64,000 bases of DNA from Spirochaetales bacterium (GTDB lineage Bacteria; Spirochaetota; Spirochaetia; JABEVK01): contig JBAXAI010000012.1 of the NCBI GenBank assembly GCA_037142615.1, forward strand, positions 1 through 64,000, in the 5' to 3' direction. The notes under the pieces were generated by a model. That model was not told the DNA's origin. It did not search any database and saw only the letters and a list, made by a program, of their open reading frames with translations. Below, piece after piece: positions 50,840 to 59,651 of this stretch (the stretch's first letter is position 1; the number at the start of each line of letters is the position of its first letter). A program made the translations under genes and the position numbers.

Positions 50840-52393
50840 ATGTCAGATTTAAAGTATCCCGAGGATAAGAAGCTGGGTCCCCAGTTTTCCAGCTTGATGA
50901 TCGACGAAGTTCCCAACTACGGCAACCGTTTCCAGTACTCGCTGGGGTTTCTGGCGGCCATCGCGTTCACCATGCTTATTGTCACTGGCGTGATCGAAGT
51001 GTTCTTCGGCGCCGACTGGTGGCTGACCAACAGCGTGGGTATTTTCTTCCGCAGCATTCACCTTTGGGCCACGCAGGCCTTTGTGGTGTTCATCATTCTT
51101 CACCTTGTCGTGGTGTTCTGTACCATGGGCTACCGTGGCAAACGCAAGATCACCTGGGTGCTCGGTGTGTTGATGTTCCTGTTCGCCTTGATTGAGACCG
51201 AAATGGGCTACGCCCTCCGTGGCGACTTCTCGGCCCAGTGGCGCGCGCTGCAGGGCGCTGACTTCTTCAACGGCTCCGGCCTGGGTCTTTGGATCAACCC
51301 GCTCAACGAACTCAAGATCATGGGCACCCACATCATGATCATGCCGCTGATCATCATCACCATTTTGGTGGTGCACTACATGTTGGTCCGCTTCCTGGGT
51401 CTTGCCACGCCTCCCAAGCCCGACCATCCGCACCGCATCGAAAAAGCCAACCACACCGTGCTGTTTCTGCGCGGCGGTTTTGTCGCGGTGCTCGTCATTG
51501 TGCTCGCTATCCTGCTCCCTTCCCCCTACGTCAAGCCCGTGACGGCGGCCGAAGTCGCCAAGAGTGACCCCAAACTGTTTGCCCGCACGCTGGTGGGTGA
51601 ATTTGGCCGGCTGGAAAGCCTGGTCGTTCCCGGTCAGGCCGCCGACGTCAAAGAGGCCGATCTGGAAGCGCAAGACCTCACCTCAGGCTATGTCGACAAC
51701 CTGCACCCCTACACCGACAAAGTGGATGAGGCAACCAAGGCCGCCGACCCCGGCGTTCCCGGCATTGCCTTCGACACACGCGAAGTGTTCGTCAAGCAAC
51801 CGTGGTCCGGACTGGTCGCTGGCGGACGCCTGACCGACGATTTGGCCACCATCGAAAAGCTCAGCGCTGAAGAACAGGCCAAGCTGGTGGAAGAAGCCGC
51901 CGACTATTTCGGCGACAACAAGGGCAACGTGCAGCCGGCGAACAACCTGCTGATCGGTGTGGTCAACAACCTGACCACCCTGGCGACTTCCGGCTACTAC
52001 GACCAGTACCTCAAGGGTTACGGCAACGCGGGCGACAACACCAAGTTTCTCCGCTTCATGGCCGACCTGGGCGTGCTCGCGCCACTGGCCGACGCGATGG
52101 ACATCACCACCGAAAAGTGGGGCTTCCTGCGCGAAGAAAAGCCGACCGGCACCGACGGCAAGCCGATGATGGACGTCGCCACGCCCCCCGGAGCTTGGTG
52201 GCTGGCCCCGATCGGCGTGCTCAACACCACGGTTCTCGTGGGTGACGACAACGGCGACCGCGACGGAGCCATGATCCTGGGCATTCTGGTGCTGATTCTG
52301 GGTGCGGTTCCCTTCATCCCTGGAGTCAACAAGCTGCCCCTGTACCTGAGCCTTTACAAGCTATTCCAGCGCAAACCCAAGGCTGCGAAGTAG
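50840..52393 (+). CDS. Cytochrome b/b6 N-terminal-domain protein fused to a large soluble domain
   Basis: SD GGAGG; RSIHLW-(H-x13-H), TWVLG, GYAL, H-x14-H in helix D; fifth TM, about 240-aa soluble region, C-terminal TM. Confidence 0.85.
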   Translation: MSDLKYPEDKKLGPQFSSLMIDEVPNYGNRFQYSLGFLAAIAFTMLIVTGVIEVFFGADWWLTNSVGIFFRSIHLWATQAFVVFIILHLVVVFCTMGYRGKRKITWVLGVLMFLFALIETEMGYALRGDFSAQWRALQGADFFNGSGLGLWINPLNELKIMGTHIMIMPLIIITILVVHYMLVRFLGLATPPKPDHPHRIEKANHTVLFLRGGFVAVLVIVLAILLPSPYVKPVTAAEVAKSDPKLFARTLVGEFGRLESLVVPGQAADVKEADLEAQDLTSGYVDNLHPYTDKVDEATKAADPGVPGIAFDTREVFVKQPWSGLVAGGRLTDDLATIEKLSAEEQAKLVEEAADYFGDNKGNVQPANNLLIGVVNNLTTLATSGYYDQYLKGYGNAGDNTKFLRFMADLGVLAPLADAMDITTEKWGFLREEKPTGTDGKPMMDVATPPGAWWLAPIGVLNTTVLVGDDNGDRDGAMILGILVLILGAVPFIPGVNKLPLYLSLYKLFQRKPKAAK

Positions 52394-52400
52394 CACCAAC

Positions 52401-52435
52401 TTGACCTGAACACGTGTTCACGCCATGCTGGCAAC
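52401..52435 (+). promoter_or_regulatory. LacI gene promoter (leaderless) with autoregulatory operator
   Basis: TTGACC-17-CATGCT-6-ATG; spacer contains the palindrome TGAACACGTGTTCA (52407-52420). Confidence 0.75.
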
Positions 52436-53419
52436 ATGCCTACCCGTCAGGATGTTGCCAGCAAAGCCGGCGTGAGCGGCGCCACCGTCAGCCGGGTGTA
52501 CAACTCGCCTGGCCTGGTTGACGCCGCCACCCGTGAACGCGTGCGGGCTGCCGCTGCCGCGTTGGGCTTTGTCCCCGACCGCCATGCGGCTGCCTTGCGG
52601 CGCAAAACCAGCACCACCCTGCTTCTTGTCGAAATCGAGGACTCCGAGGCCTACCGGTGGCCAGGTCAGCGTGCGTACCAGAGCCTGTACGGCGAGATCA
52701 TCCGTGGGCTGGTGCATCACCTTCAGACGACCCCGTGGCACCTCGAGCTTGTCAACTTACCTTCATCACGCGACCTCCCTTCGTTGGTGGCGGGCCCCGA
52801 GTTTGCGGGGATTCTGGGGTTTGACGTGGTCACCCAGGCGGTGGCCGACGAACTGGCGAAGCTGGGGAAGCCGGTGGTCTGCGCCCACCATGGCGATCAT
52901 CTGACCGGTGTCAGTACCGTGACAACCGACAATTTCGCCGGAGGCGCGCTTCAGGCGCGCTGGCTTCGCGAGCAAGGCCTGGTTGACGTGGCGTACGTCA
53001 CAGGACTTTCGGACCAGGTCAGGTCGCACTCGTTGCGCCAGCAGGGCTTCGCCTCGGTTCTGCAACCCCTTGAACTGCTCGCCACGGGCGTCGGTCTGCT
53101 GGAAGGGAGGCAAGCCGCCCGGAGTCTGGCGCCCCTGGTCAAAACGGGCCGGGTGAGGGCTGCGGCCTGCGTGAACGACCTGACGGCGCTGGGGCTGATC
53201 CAGGGCTTGGCCTCGCTGGGCTTGCAGGTTCCGCGCGATGTGGTGGTGCTGGGCTACGACAACCTGGTGGTGACCGATCTGTTCGAGACCCGCTTGCCCA
53301 CCATTGAGGCCCGGTTGCCCCTCGTGTACGAGCAGGCGCTCGACGTGCTGATCGGTCTGGTGCAGCACCCCGGCGGAGAGACCCACCTCGCCGTGATCCC
53401 CGAATTAGCGGGGGTCTGA
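52436..53419 (+). CDS. LacI-family transcriptional regulator
   Basis: TRQDVASKAGVSGATVSRV HTH, TDNFAGG, NDLTALG, VPRDVVVLGYDN. Confidence 0.95.
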   Translation: MPTRQDVASKAGVSGATVSRVYNSPGLVDAATRERVRAAAAALGFVPDRHAAALRRKTSTTLLLVEIEDSEAYRWPGQRAYQSLYGEIIRGLVHHLQTTPWHLELVNLPSSRDLPSLVAGPEFAGILGFDVVTQAVADELAKLGKPVVCAHHGDHLTGVSTVTTDNFAGGALQARWLREQGLVDVAYVTGLSDQVRSHSLRQQGFASVLQPLELLATGVGLLEGRQAARSLAPLVKTGRVRAAACVNDLTALGLIQGLASLGLQVPRDVVVLGYDNLVVTDLFETRLPTIEARLPLVYEQALDVLIGLVQHPGGETHLAVIPELAGV

Positions 53420-54286
53420 AACGACCACCCGGTTGCGCCCGGATTCCTTGGCTTCGTAAAGGGCCCGGTCGGCGTGCTCGAGCAGATGGTCTCCACTGGT
53501 GTCGGCGAGGGTCATTTCGGCCACGCCGATGCTGACCGTGAAGCGAATCGACTGGCCTTCGTGTTCCACAGCGACGGCGGCGACTTTTTCGCACAGGCGA
53601 ACGGCGAGCCCTCGCGCATTGGCCAAGTCGGCGCCAGGAAGCAGAACGGCAAACTCCTCGCCGCCCAAACGGCCTGCCACGTCGAAACGGCGTAGGGTGG
53701 CGCTAACCAAGTCGGCGAACTGCCGCAGAAGGGTATCGCCCGCGGCGTGGCCGTAGTTGTCGTTCACGCGCTTGAAGTGATCCAGGTCGAGCATCAACAA
53801 CGACACAGGCTGGTCGGGTTGCCTCTGGAACCGCGAGATTTCGGCCTCGTAGAGGGCCAAAAACGACCGGCGGTTGCAAAGGCCGGTCAGAAAGTCGGTC
53901 GCGGCGAGGTCTCTCAGTTCCAGTTCCAAACGTTTATGGCCGGAAATGTCGGTGACGGTGCCGAAGTAGCCCACCAATTCTTCGCCCTCGCGGTCGTCGG
54001 TGGCCTGCCCGAGCACCCAGATCGTCGAACCGTCGCGCCGCACCAGGCGAAAATCCTCCGAAAAAGGCCCACCACCGTGAGCGAAGGCAGCCCAGCGTGC
54101 CAGCACCCGTTCGCGGTCGTCGTCGTGGATAACCTCGGTCCAGCCGTCGTCCTGAGCCCGGGCTGAGTTCTGGCCCGTGAGCAAGGTCCAGCGGTCGTTG
54201 ACGTAGTCGCAGCGGCCCTGGAGGTCGGTCCGGAAGATTCCGACAGGGAGGTGCTCGAGCAGGCGCGTCATCATTCCCGGTTGCAT
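53405..54286 (-). CDS. PAS-GGDEF diguanylate cyclase
   Basis: PAS (IHDDDR, TDIS); DFLTGL.NRR, DLDHFK.VND.YGH, RRFD I-site, GGEEF. Confidence 0.94.
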   Translation of the reverse strand: MQPGMMTRLLEHLPVGIFRTDLQGRCDYVNDRWTLLTGQNSARAQDDGWTEVIHDDDRERVLARWAAFAHGGGPFSEDFRLVRRDGSTIWVLGQATDDREGEELVGYFGTVTDISGHKRLELELRDLAATDFLTGLCNRRSFLALYEAEISRFQRQPDQPVSLLMLDLDHFKRVNDNYGHAAGDTLLRQFADLVSATLRRFDVAGRLGGEEFAVLLPGADLANARGLAVRLCEKVAAVAVEHEGQSIRFTVSIGVAEMTLADTSGDHLLEHADRALYEAKESGRNRVVVSDPR

Positions 54287-54323
54287 AGCCTCATCGTCTT
54301 CTTTTTGCTGGAGTTTGACAAGT

Positions 54324-55109
54324 TCACTCCTGCGCCGAGGCCAAGCGGTACAGCGCCACGCTGGCCGCAACCGAAGCGTTGAGGCTATCGTGCCCCTCGG
54401 CCATGGGAAGCACCAAGGGGATGGAACCCTGCAGCCGTTCGGTAGGCGACAACCCTTCGAACTCGTTGCCTACCCACACCGCCAGTTTGCCGGCCCTCGC
54501 TGTGCGCCCAGCGGGACTTTCGCGCCACACTTCCAAGGGAAGAGCACCCTCTTCCAGCGCCAAAACGACCGTCGTCCACCCGGCCTGCCCGAAGAGCTTC
54601 TGCATCGCAACCAAAGAGTCGGGTAACTGCACGGGCGGGTGGGCGTACACCGCGCCCATCGACACCTTGGCGCAGCGGCGGCTGAAGGGGTCGCACGATT
54701 CCCGTCCCACCGCCACCGCATCCCAGCCCAGGGCCAGCGCCGAACGGTAGAGCGCGCCGAGGTTCTCGGGATCGGTGAGCCGTGGGGCCACGGCAAGCCG
54801 CCGGGCAGGACCGGCCAAAAAGGCTTCCAGAGTCAGCGGCGCGGGCCGATGGGCCACGGCAATCACGCCCCGATGAAAGGAAAAACCCGCCCACCGGTCC
54901 ATTTCGGCCTGCGACAGCACCTGAACCGGGCAGCGCCCCGCGGCCAAAACCGTGAACTCGGCGTAGTGTGCCTCGAGGCAGTGAACCGCCTCGGGAACCA
55001 ACGACGATGCGAGCAAACGGCGGGCCAAGGTGTTTCCTTCGGCCAACGTGAGGCCGGAACGGGTCCACTGCCGTTCGCTGAAGCCCCAGTACGGGGTGGG
55101 ATCGTCCAT
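54324..55109 (-). CDS. TrmH/SpoU RNA methyltransferase
   Basis: DPENLGALYRSA, VSMG, GNEFEGL, LPM..DSLNASVA. Confidence 0.9.
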   Translation of the reverse strand: MDDPTPYWGFSERQWTRSGLTLAEGNTLARRLLASSLVPEAVHCLEAHYAEFTVLAAGRCPVQVLSQAEMDRWAGFSFHRGVIAVAHRPAPLTLEAFLAGPARRLAVAPRLTDPENLGALYRSALALGWDAVAVGRESCDPFSRRCAKVSMGAVYAHPPVQLPDSLVAMQKLFGQAGWTTVVLALEEGALPLEVWRESPAGRTARAGKLAVWVGNEFEGLSPTERLQGSIPLVLPMAEGHDSLNASVAASVALYRLASAQE

Positions 55110-55110
55110 G

Positions 55111-56139
55111 CTAAACGAGAAGCTTCTCGACTTCCTTGATGCAAGCTTCCAGCCGTTCGTAGTAGTCCGGCGAGCTGACGGTGACAAACTTGCGCATGTC
55201 AAAGCCAAAATCCTTGTACATCTTCATCAACGCCGTGTGGTTGGTGTCGCGCAGCACTTCACCGGTGTCGCGCATGCCATCGTCGATCCACGGCACGTTG
55301 GGCTTGAGCGCCAGCACGAGGTCGTACTTGTTCGGGTCGATGAAACTCTCGAGGCGGCTCGACACCTGCCCCATGAAGAACACACTGAAAAAGCGGGTCA
55401 CCACCGCGTCGGTGTCGAAAAAGCAGACCTTGCTACTGGTGGCCAGTGCCTGCAGGTCCTGCTCGTACTGGATGTGGGCGATGCGATTGAAGTCTTCGAG
55501 CTCAAAGAGCGTCCCGTCGCCCCCCAAAAAGTCTTCCTGGTAGGTGCGGCCGGCCTCTTCGGACCAACTGGTGTAGAACACCTTGGCCAGCTTCTTGGTC
55601 AGCGTGGTCTTGCCGCAGCTTTCAGTGCCGGTGATGAGCACACGCTTGGTGAAGAACGGACGCGCGGCGCCGACGATGTAGTCCCAGTACTTGTAAGGAT
55701 GCTGGCGAATCTCGGTGCTGCTGATGTTCCACTTGCTGCGGTTGGGGTCGAGCAGGCGGTACTCGGCCTCGGGAAACGCCCGTTTGTGATCTTCGGTGTA
55801 GCGGGTTTCGCCACCGAACACGAGGTCGATTTTTTTGCCGACGGCTCCGCGGACCAGTTGGGCGTACTCCGTCCAACCGTAGGGCGAAGGCGGAATGTCG
55901 GCCTCATCGACCAGGCGGATGCGGATGCCCAGCCCCTTCAACTCTTGCGCCAACCAGCGTCGGCGCAGGGCGCCGTCAACGTAGGCGATTCCCGCGTCAC
56001 GGCACAGCGCTTCGTCTTCTTCGCGGCGCTCGCTCACCACCACAAAGAGCTCATCGCACAAGGCGTGCGCGCGCAGGATTCCGGTCAGGTGACCACGGTG
56101 GGGAGGCAGAAAACGACCGGGAAAGACGCCAACGCTCAT
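55111..56139 (-). CDS. nadR: NadR-like NMN adenylyltransferase / ribosylnicotinamide kinase (no HTH)
   Basis: PGRFLPPHRGH (HIGH-like), ISSTEIR, GTESCGKTT Walker A, DTDA, PWIDDGMR. Confidence 0.88.
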   Translation of the reverse strand: MSVGVFPGRFLPPHRGHLTGILRAHALCDELFVVVSERREEDEALCRDAGIAYVDGALRRRWLAQELKGLGIRIRLVDEADIPPSPYGWTEYAQLVRGAVGKKIDLVFGGETRYTEDHKRAFPEAEYRLLDPNRSKWNISSTEIRQHPYKYWDYIVGAARPFFTKRVLITGTESCGKTTLTKKLAKVFYTSWSEEAGRTYQEDFLGGDGTLFELEDFNRIAHIQYEQDLQALATSSKVCFFDTDAVVTRFFSVFFMGQVSSRLESFIDPNKYDLVLALKPNVPWIDDGMRDTGEVLRDTNHTALMKMYKDFGFDMRKFVTVSSPDYYERLEACIKEVEKLLV

Positions 56140-56148
56140 GGCGCTACA

Positions 56149-57006
56149 CTACACCACGACGGGTGCCTTGAGAAGGGTTGGAGCAGGACGCCGCGCCCCG
56201 ATGACGCTCGCGGCCGTCACGCTCAGCAAGATGAGCGCACCACCGGCCAGCGTCCAGCCCGACGGAGCCTCGCCGAGCGCCAGGAACACCCACACGGGGT
56301 TGAACAGCGGCTCGATCACGACGAGCAGGCTTCCCGTGGTAGCCGACACCCGCTTGATGCCGTAGCTGAAGAACAGCGCGGCCAGGCCCATCTGCACTAC
56401 GCCCAAGGCCACGATGAGCCCGATCGAGAGCGGCGTGAACACCGGCAGTGGCTGAAAGGCCGCGATTCCCAGCGTGCCAAAGGCCGCCAAAAATTGCGAC
56501 AGCAGCATCGAGTGCACCGGGTTACCGTCCTTTTGACGGCGGGTCAGGATGATCATGAACGCGAAGGCCAGCCCCGAGGCCAGCGCGGCCAGGTTGCCCC
56601 ACAGCGCGCCGGGCCCCAGTTTGTCGGCGAAGAGCAGCACCAGACCAGCCAGCGTGGCCACCAGCGCGACAATTTGTTCCGGGTGAAGCTTTTCGCGCAG
56701 AAACCAGATGGCCAGCAGCGCCGTCGGCACTGGCGCCCAGTATTGGATGAGGATGGCATTGGCCGAGGTGGTCATTTTGTTGGCCAACACGAACAGAACC
56801 ATGCACACGGCGTTCGCGACGGCCGCCAGCACCAGCGTGGGGCTCCAAGCGATCTTCCAGGGGCGGACGACCACGAGCAGGAACAGCCCCGCGATCAGGC
56901 TCCGCAGGCCGGCGATCCAAAAAGGGCTCCAGTCGAGCAGCTTGATGAACAGGCCGGCCGTGCTCCAGAAGAACGCGCAGGCGACGAGGGCGAGGGAACC
57001 TTTCAG
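56149..57006 (-). CDS. DMT/EamA family transporter (probable CTG start)
   Basis: LVACAFFWSTAGLFIK, IAGLRS, ANAILIQY.AP, IEPLFNPVW..LGE.P. Confidence 0.85.
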   Translation of the reverse strand: MKGSLALVACAFFWSTAGLFIKLLDWSPFWIAGLRSLIAGLFLLVVVRPWKIAWSPTLVLAAVANAVCMVLFVLANKMTTSANAILIQYWAPVPTALLAIWFLREKLHPEQIVALVATLAGLVLLFADKLGPGALWGNLAALASGLAFAFMIILTRRQKDGNPVHSMLLSQFLAAFGTLGIAAFQPLPVFTPLSIGLIVALGVVQMGLAALFFSYGIKRVSATTGSLLVVIEPLFNPVWVFLALGEAPSGWTLAGGALILLSVTAASVIGARRPAPTLLKAPVVV

Positions 57007-59036
57007 GCCAGCCCCCGCTGCTTCAACAGAGCGCCGATCTGTGGGTCGCGGCCCCGGAAGTTACGGAAGGCCTGCGCCGGTTCGACCGAGTTGCCGATGC
57101 TGAGGATGGTCGCCTTGAGCTTGGCTGCCAACTCGGGATCGAACAGGTCGCCCTTCTCCTCGAAGGCGGCGAACACGTCGGCTTCGAGCACTTCTGCCCA
57201 CATGTACACGTAGTACCCGGCCGCGTAGCCTTCGCCCGTGAACAGGTGCTGAAAGTGCGGCAGGCGGTGGCGCAAGCCGATCTCGTCGGGCACACCCAGC
57301 CGCTTGGATTCCTCGCGCTCAAAGGTGGCGGCGTCGAAGCCCGCCGCATCGGGCAAACTGTGAAGCGCCATGTCGAGCAGGGCTGGTCCCAGGTACTGCA
57401 CGGTTTCCCAGCCCATATTGAAGGTGCGGGCCTTGCGGATCTTCTTGACCAGAGCGGGAGGGATGCTGGCTCCGGTCTTCACATGCTTGGCGAACTTGGC
57501 CAGCACCTCGGGCGCGAGAGCCCAGTGCTCATTGAGTTGGCTGGGCAGCTCGACGAAGTCCTGCAGAACGTTGGTGCCGCTCAGGCCCTCATATTTCACG
57601 CGGCTGAGCAGGCCGTGGAGGCCGTGGCCGAACTCGTGGAACAGCGTCTCGACGTCGTCGAAGCTGAGCAAGACGGGCTCGCCGGGTTTGCCGTGATTAA
57701 AGTTGTTGTTGTTGCTCACGATGGGCACCACGCCCTCGCTCTGCTCGCGGTAGTTGCTCATCCACGCGCCGGAATGCTTGCCGGTGCGGGAATAGTTGTC
57801 GCTGATGAAAATGCCCTGCAGGCTGCCATCGGCGTTGCGCACCTCGAACAGGCGGGCGTCGGGGTGGTACAGCGCTGCCTTGCCGGTCACCTCGGCAAAC
57901 TCGACCTGGTACAGGCGGCTGGCCGTGTGGAACATCGCCTGCAGCATGTTGTCGAGCACGAAGTAGGGCTTGATTTCGCCGTCGTCGAGTTGGTAGTCAC
58001 GCACGCGCACCTTTTCCGCGTAGTAGCGCCAGTCCCAGGCCTCAAGAGCGGTCAGACCATCGGCCTTGGCCACCGAGAGCAGCAACTGATATTCCTCGCG
58101 GGATCGCTTCAGCGCGGCCGGCCACACCTGCTCGAGCAGGCCCGCGACGTTGGCGGGGGTCTTGGCCATGCGGCTCACCAGAGCGTAGTCGGCGTAGCTT
58201 TTGTACCCGTGGATGTGGGCCATCTCGGTGCGCAGCGCCAAGATTTCGGCAATCAGCGGCTTGGTGTCGCGCTCGGGGTGCATTTCGCCCCGGGCCGAAA
58301 ACTGGTCGTACACCTTTTTGCGCAGATCGCGGCGGCTCGAGCGGGTCAAAAAGGGCTCGACAAAGGAACGGCTGGTGGTGAGGGCCCACTTTCCGGGGTG
58401 GTCGTGTTCCTTGGCGCACTCGGCGGCGGCCTCGATCAGGTCTTCGGGGAGCCCGGCGAGGTCAGCCTTGCTGTCGAGCACGATGAGCGTCGAATCCTCG
58501 TCGGCGAGCACGTACTGCCCAAAGGTGGTGCATTTTTGCGACAACTGTTCGACCAGTTCGGCGAGGCGGGCCTTTTTGGCGGCGTCAAGCTTGGCACCCG
58601 CGAGCACGAAGTCGAGGTGGATCCGCTCGGTCAGGCGAATCTGCACAGGGTCGAGACCGCCGGAGTGGCGTGTGCTGTGCACCGCATCGACGCGGGCGAA
58701 CAGGGCCGCATCGAGGTAGAACTTTTGCTGGTAGACAGCCAGCTTCGGACTGTATTCCATTTCGATGGCTTGCAGGGCCTCGTTGGTCAGGTTGCTCGTC
58801 AGGTTGCCGAACACGCCGTACACTCGGCTCAGCGTGGCCCCTGCCCGGTCGAAGGGCTCGAGGGTGTTGGCGAACGTTGGCGCGTTCCGATTGCTAGTGA
58901 TAGCTGCCACGTCGGCCGACCCTTCGGCCATGGCGGCGTCGAGGGCTGCGGCGTAGTGTTCGGTTTGAATCAAGTCGAAGGGGGGTAGGCCGTAGGGCGT
59001 GTTCCACGGCATAAGCAGGGGGTTGGTGGTGCTCAT
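57003..59036 (-). CDS. dcp: Peptidyl-dipeptidase Dcp / M3A metallopeptidase
   Basis: NPLL...PPF, GAWM, TLFHEFGHGLH, DFVELPSQ, YAAGYYVY.WAE, FRGRDP. Confidence 0.94.
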   Translation of the reverse strand: MSTTNPLLMPWNTPYGLPPFDLIQTEHYAAALDAAMAEGSADVAAITSNRNAPTFANTLEPFDRAGATLSRVYGVFGNLTSNLTNEALQAIEMEYSPKLAVYQQKFYLDAALFARVDAVHSTRHSGGLDPVQIRLTERIHLDFVLAGAKLDAAKKARLAELVEQLSQKCTTFGQYVLADEDSTLIVLDSKADLAGLPEDLIEAAAECAKEHDHPGKWALTTSRSFVEPFLTRSSRRDLRKKVYDQFSARGEMHPERDTKPLIAEILALRTEMAHIHGYKSYADYALVSRMAKTPANVAGLLEQVWPAALKRSREEYQLLLSVAKADGLTALEAWDWRYYAEKVRVRDYQLDDGEIKPYFVLDNMLQAMFHTASRLYQVEFAEVTGKAALYHPDARLFEVRNADGSLQGIFISDNYSRTGKHSGAWMSNYREQSEGVVPIVSNNNNFNHGKPGEPVLLSFDDVETLFHEFGHGLHGLLSRVKYEGLSGTNVLQDFVELPSQLNEHWALAPEVLAKFAKHVKTGASIPPALVKKIRKARTFNMGWETVQYLGPALLDMALHSLPDAAGFDAATFEREESKRLGVPDEIGLRHRLPHFQHLFTGEGYAAGYYVYMWAEVLEADVFAAFEEKGDLFDPELAAKLKATILSIGNSVEPAQAFRNFRGRDPQIGALLKQRGLA

Positions 59037-59089
59037 AAGGTGACTAGGATAAACCGATTGTGGGGCGAGTGTCAGCCGTTCAAAGCGGT

Positions 59090-59465
59090 AGTACCGGTCG
59101 GCGAGCTCCTGCAGGTTTTCTTCGATATGCCTCAAGGCGTACATCCACTCGGCCAGTTCTGACTTTTCGCCCTCGGGCAGTTTTCGCAATTCCAGAAAAT
59201 GCAGCACGCTCACGCTGACCACGGGCATGAGCCTACGGTACTGATCACCTTCGTAGATCTGCTCTGTGTAGCTCTTGGCCCAGTAGTACAGGCTGCGCTC
59301 ACCGTATTCTGCCTGACTTCGGACCTGCACCTCGACGTTGATCACCGTGCCGGATGTCGATCACCGTGGGCTTGGCGGAATAGTATTCGAGCTCACCGAT
59401 CGGGTTGACGATCTCGAGCGACGAAAACTCCTCCATTCCCGCGTGCCGCTGCACCGCGTTGGCGG
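59090..59465 (-). pseudogene. Decayed Rpn / PD-(D/E)XK nuclease gene remnant
   Basis: Fragments EFSSLEIVNP..KPTVIDIR (one frame) and INVEVQ..ERSLYYWAKSY..LMPVVSV..HFLELRKL (another frame); frameshift and internal deletions. Confidence 0.8.
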
Positions 59466-59651
59466 CCAAAGCGTGGAAGGCCACCCCGGGGCAAGCCGAG
59501 ATCCCGGTGGGCGCTTTGGCGCCCGACCGAAGCTCGGCTGGGGGGCGGGTCGGAGGGACCATCGGCCGGGAAAGCGTTGCCGCCCCCCGATTCTTCTGGA
59601 TTTCTGGAAGCAAACGCCTTCATTTCCCTGTCTTGCTGGGTGGAGGTTTCT

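Noticed and set aside
51540-52260. Flavinylation or heme-c motifs in the cytochrome's soluble domain
   Set aside because: Only TSGY x2; no [S/T]GA[S/T] and no CxxCH
57003-59345. 780-aa ORF suggesting a nuclease-peptidase fusion
   Set aside because: The Rpn part is a deleted remnant; Dcp has its own typical start (MSTTNPLL, 59036) with a promoter-like TATCCT upstream
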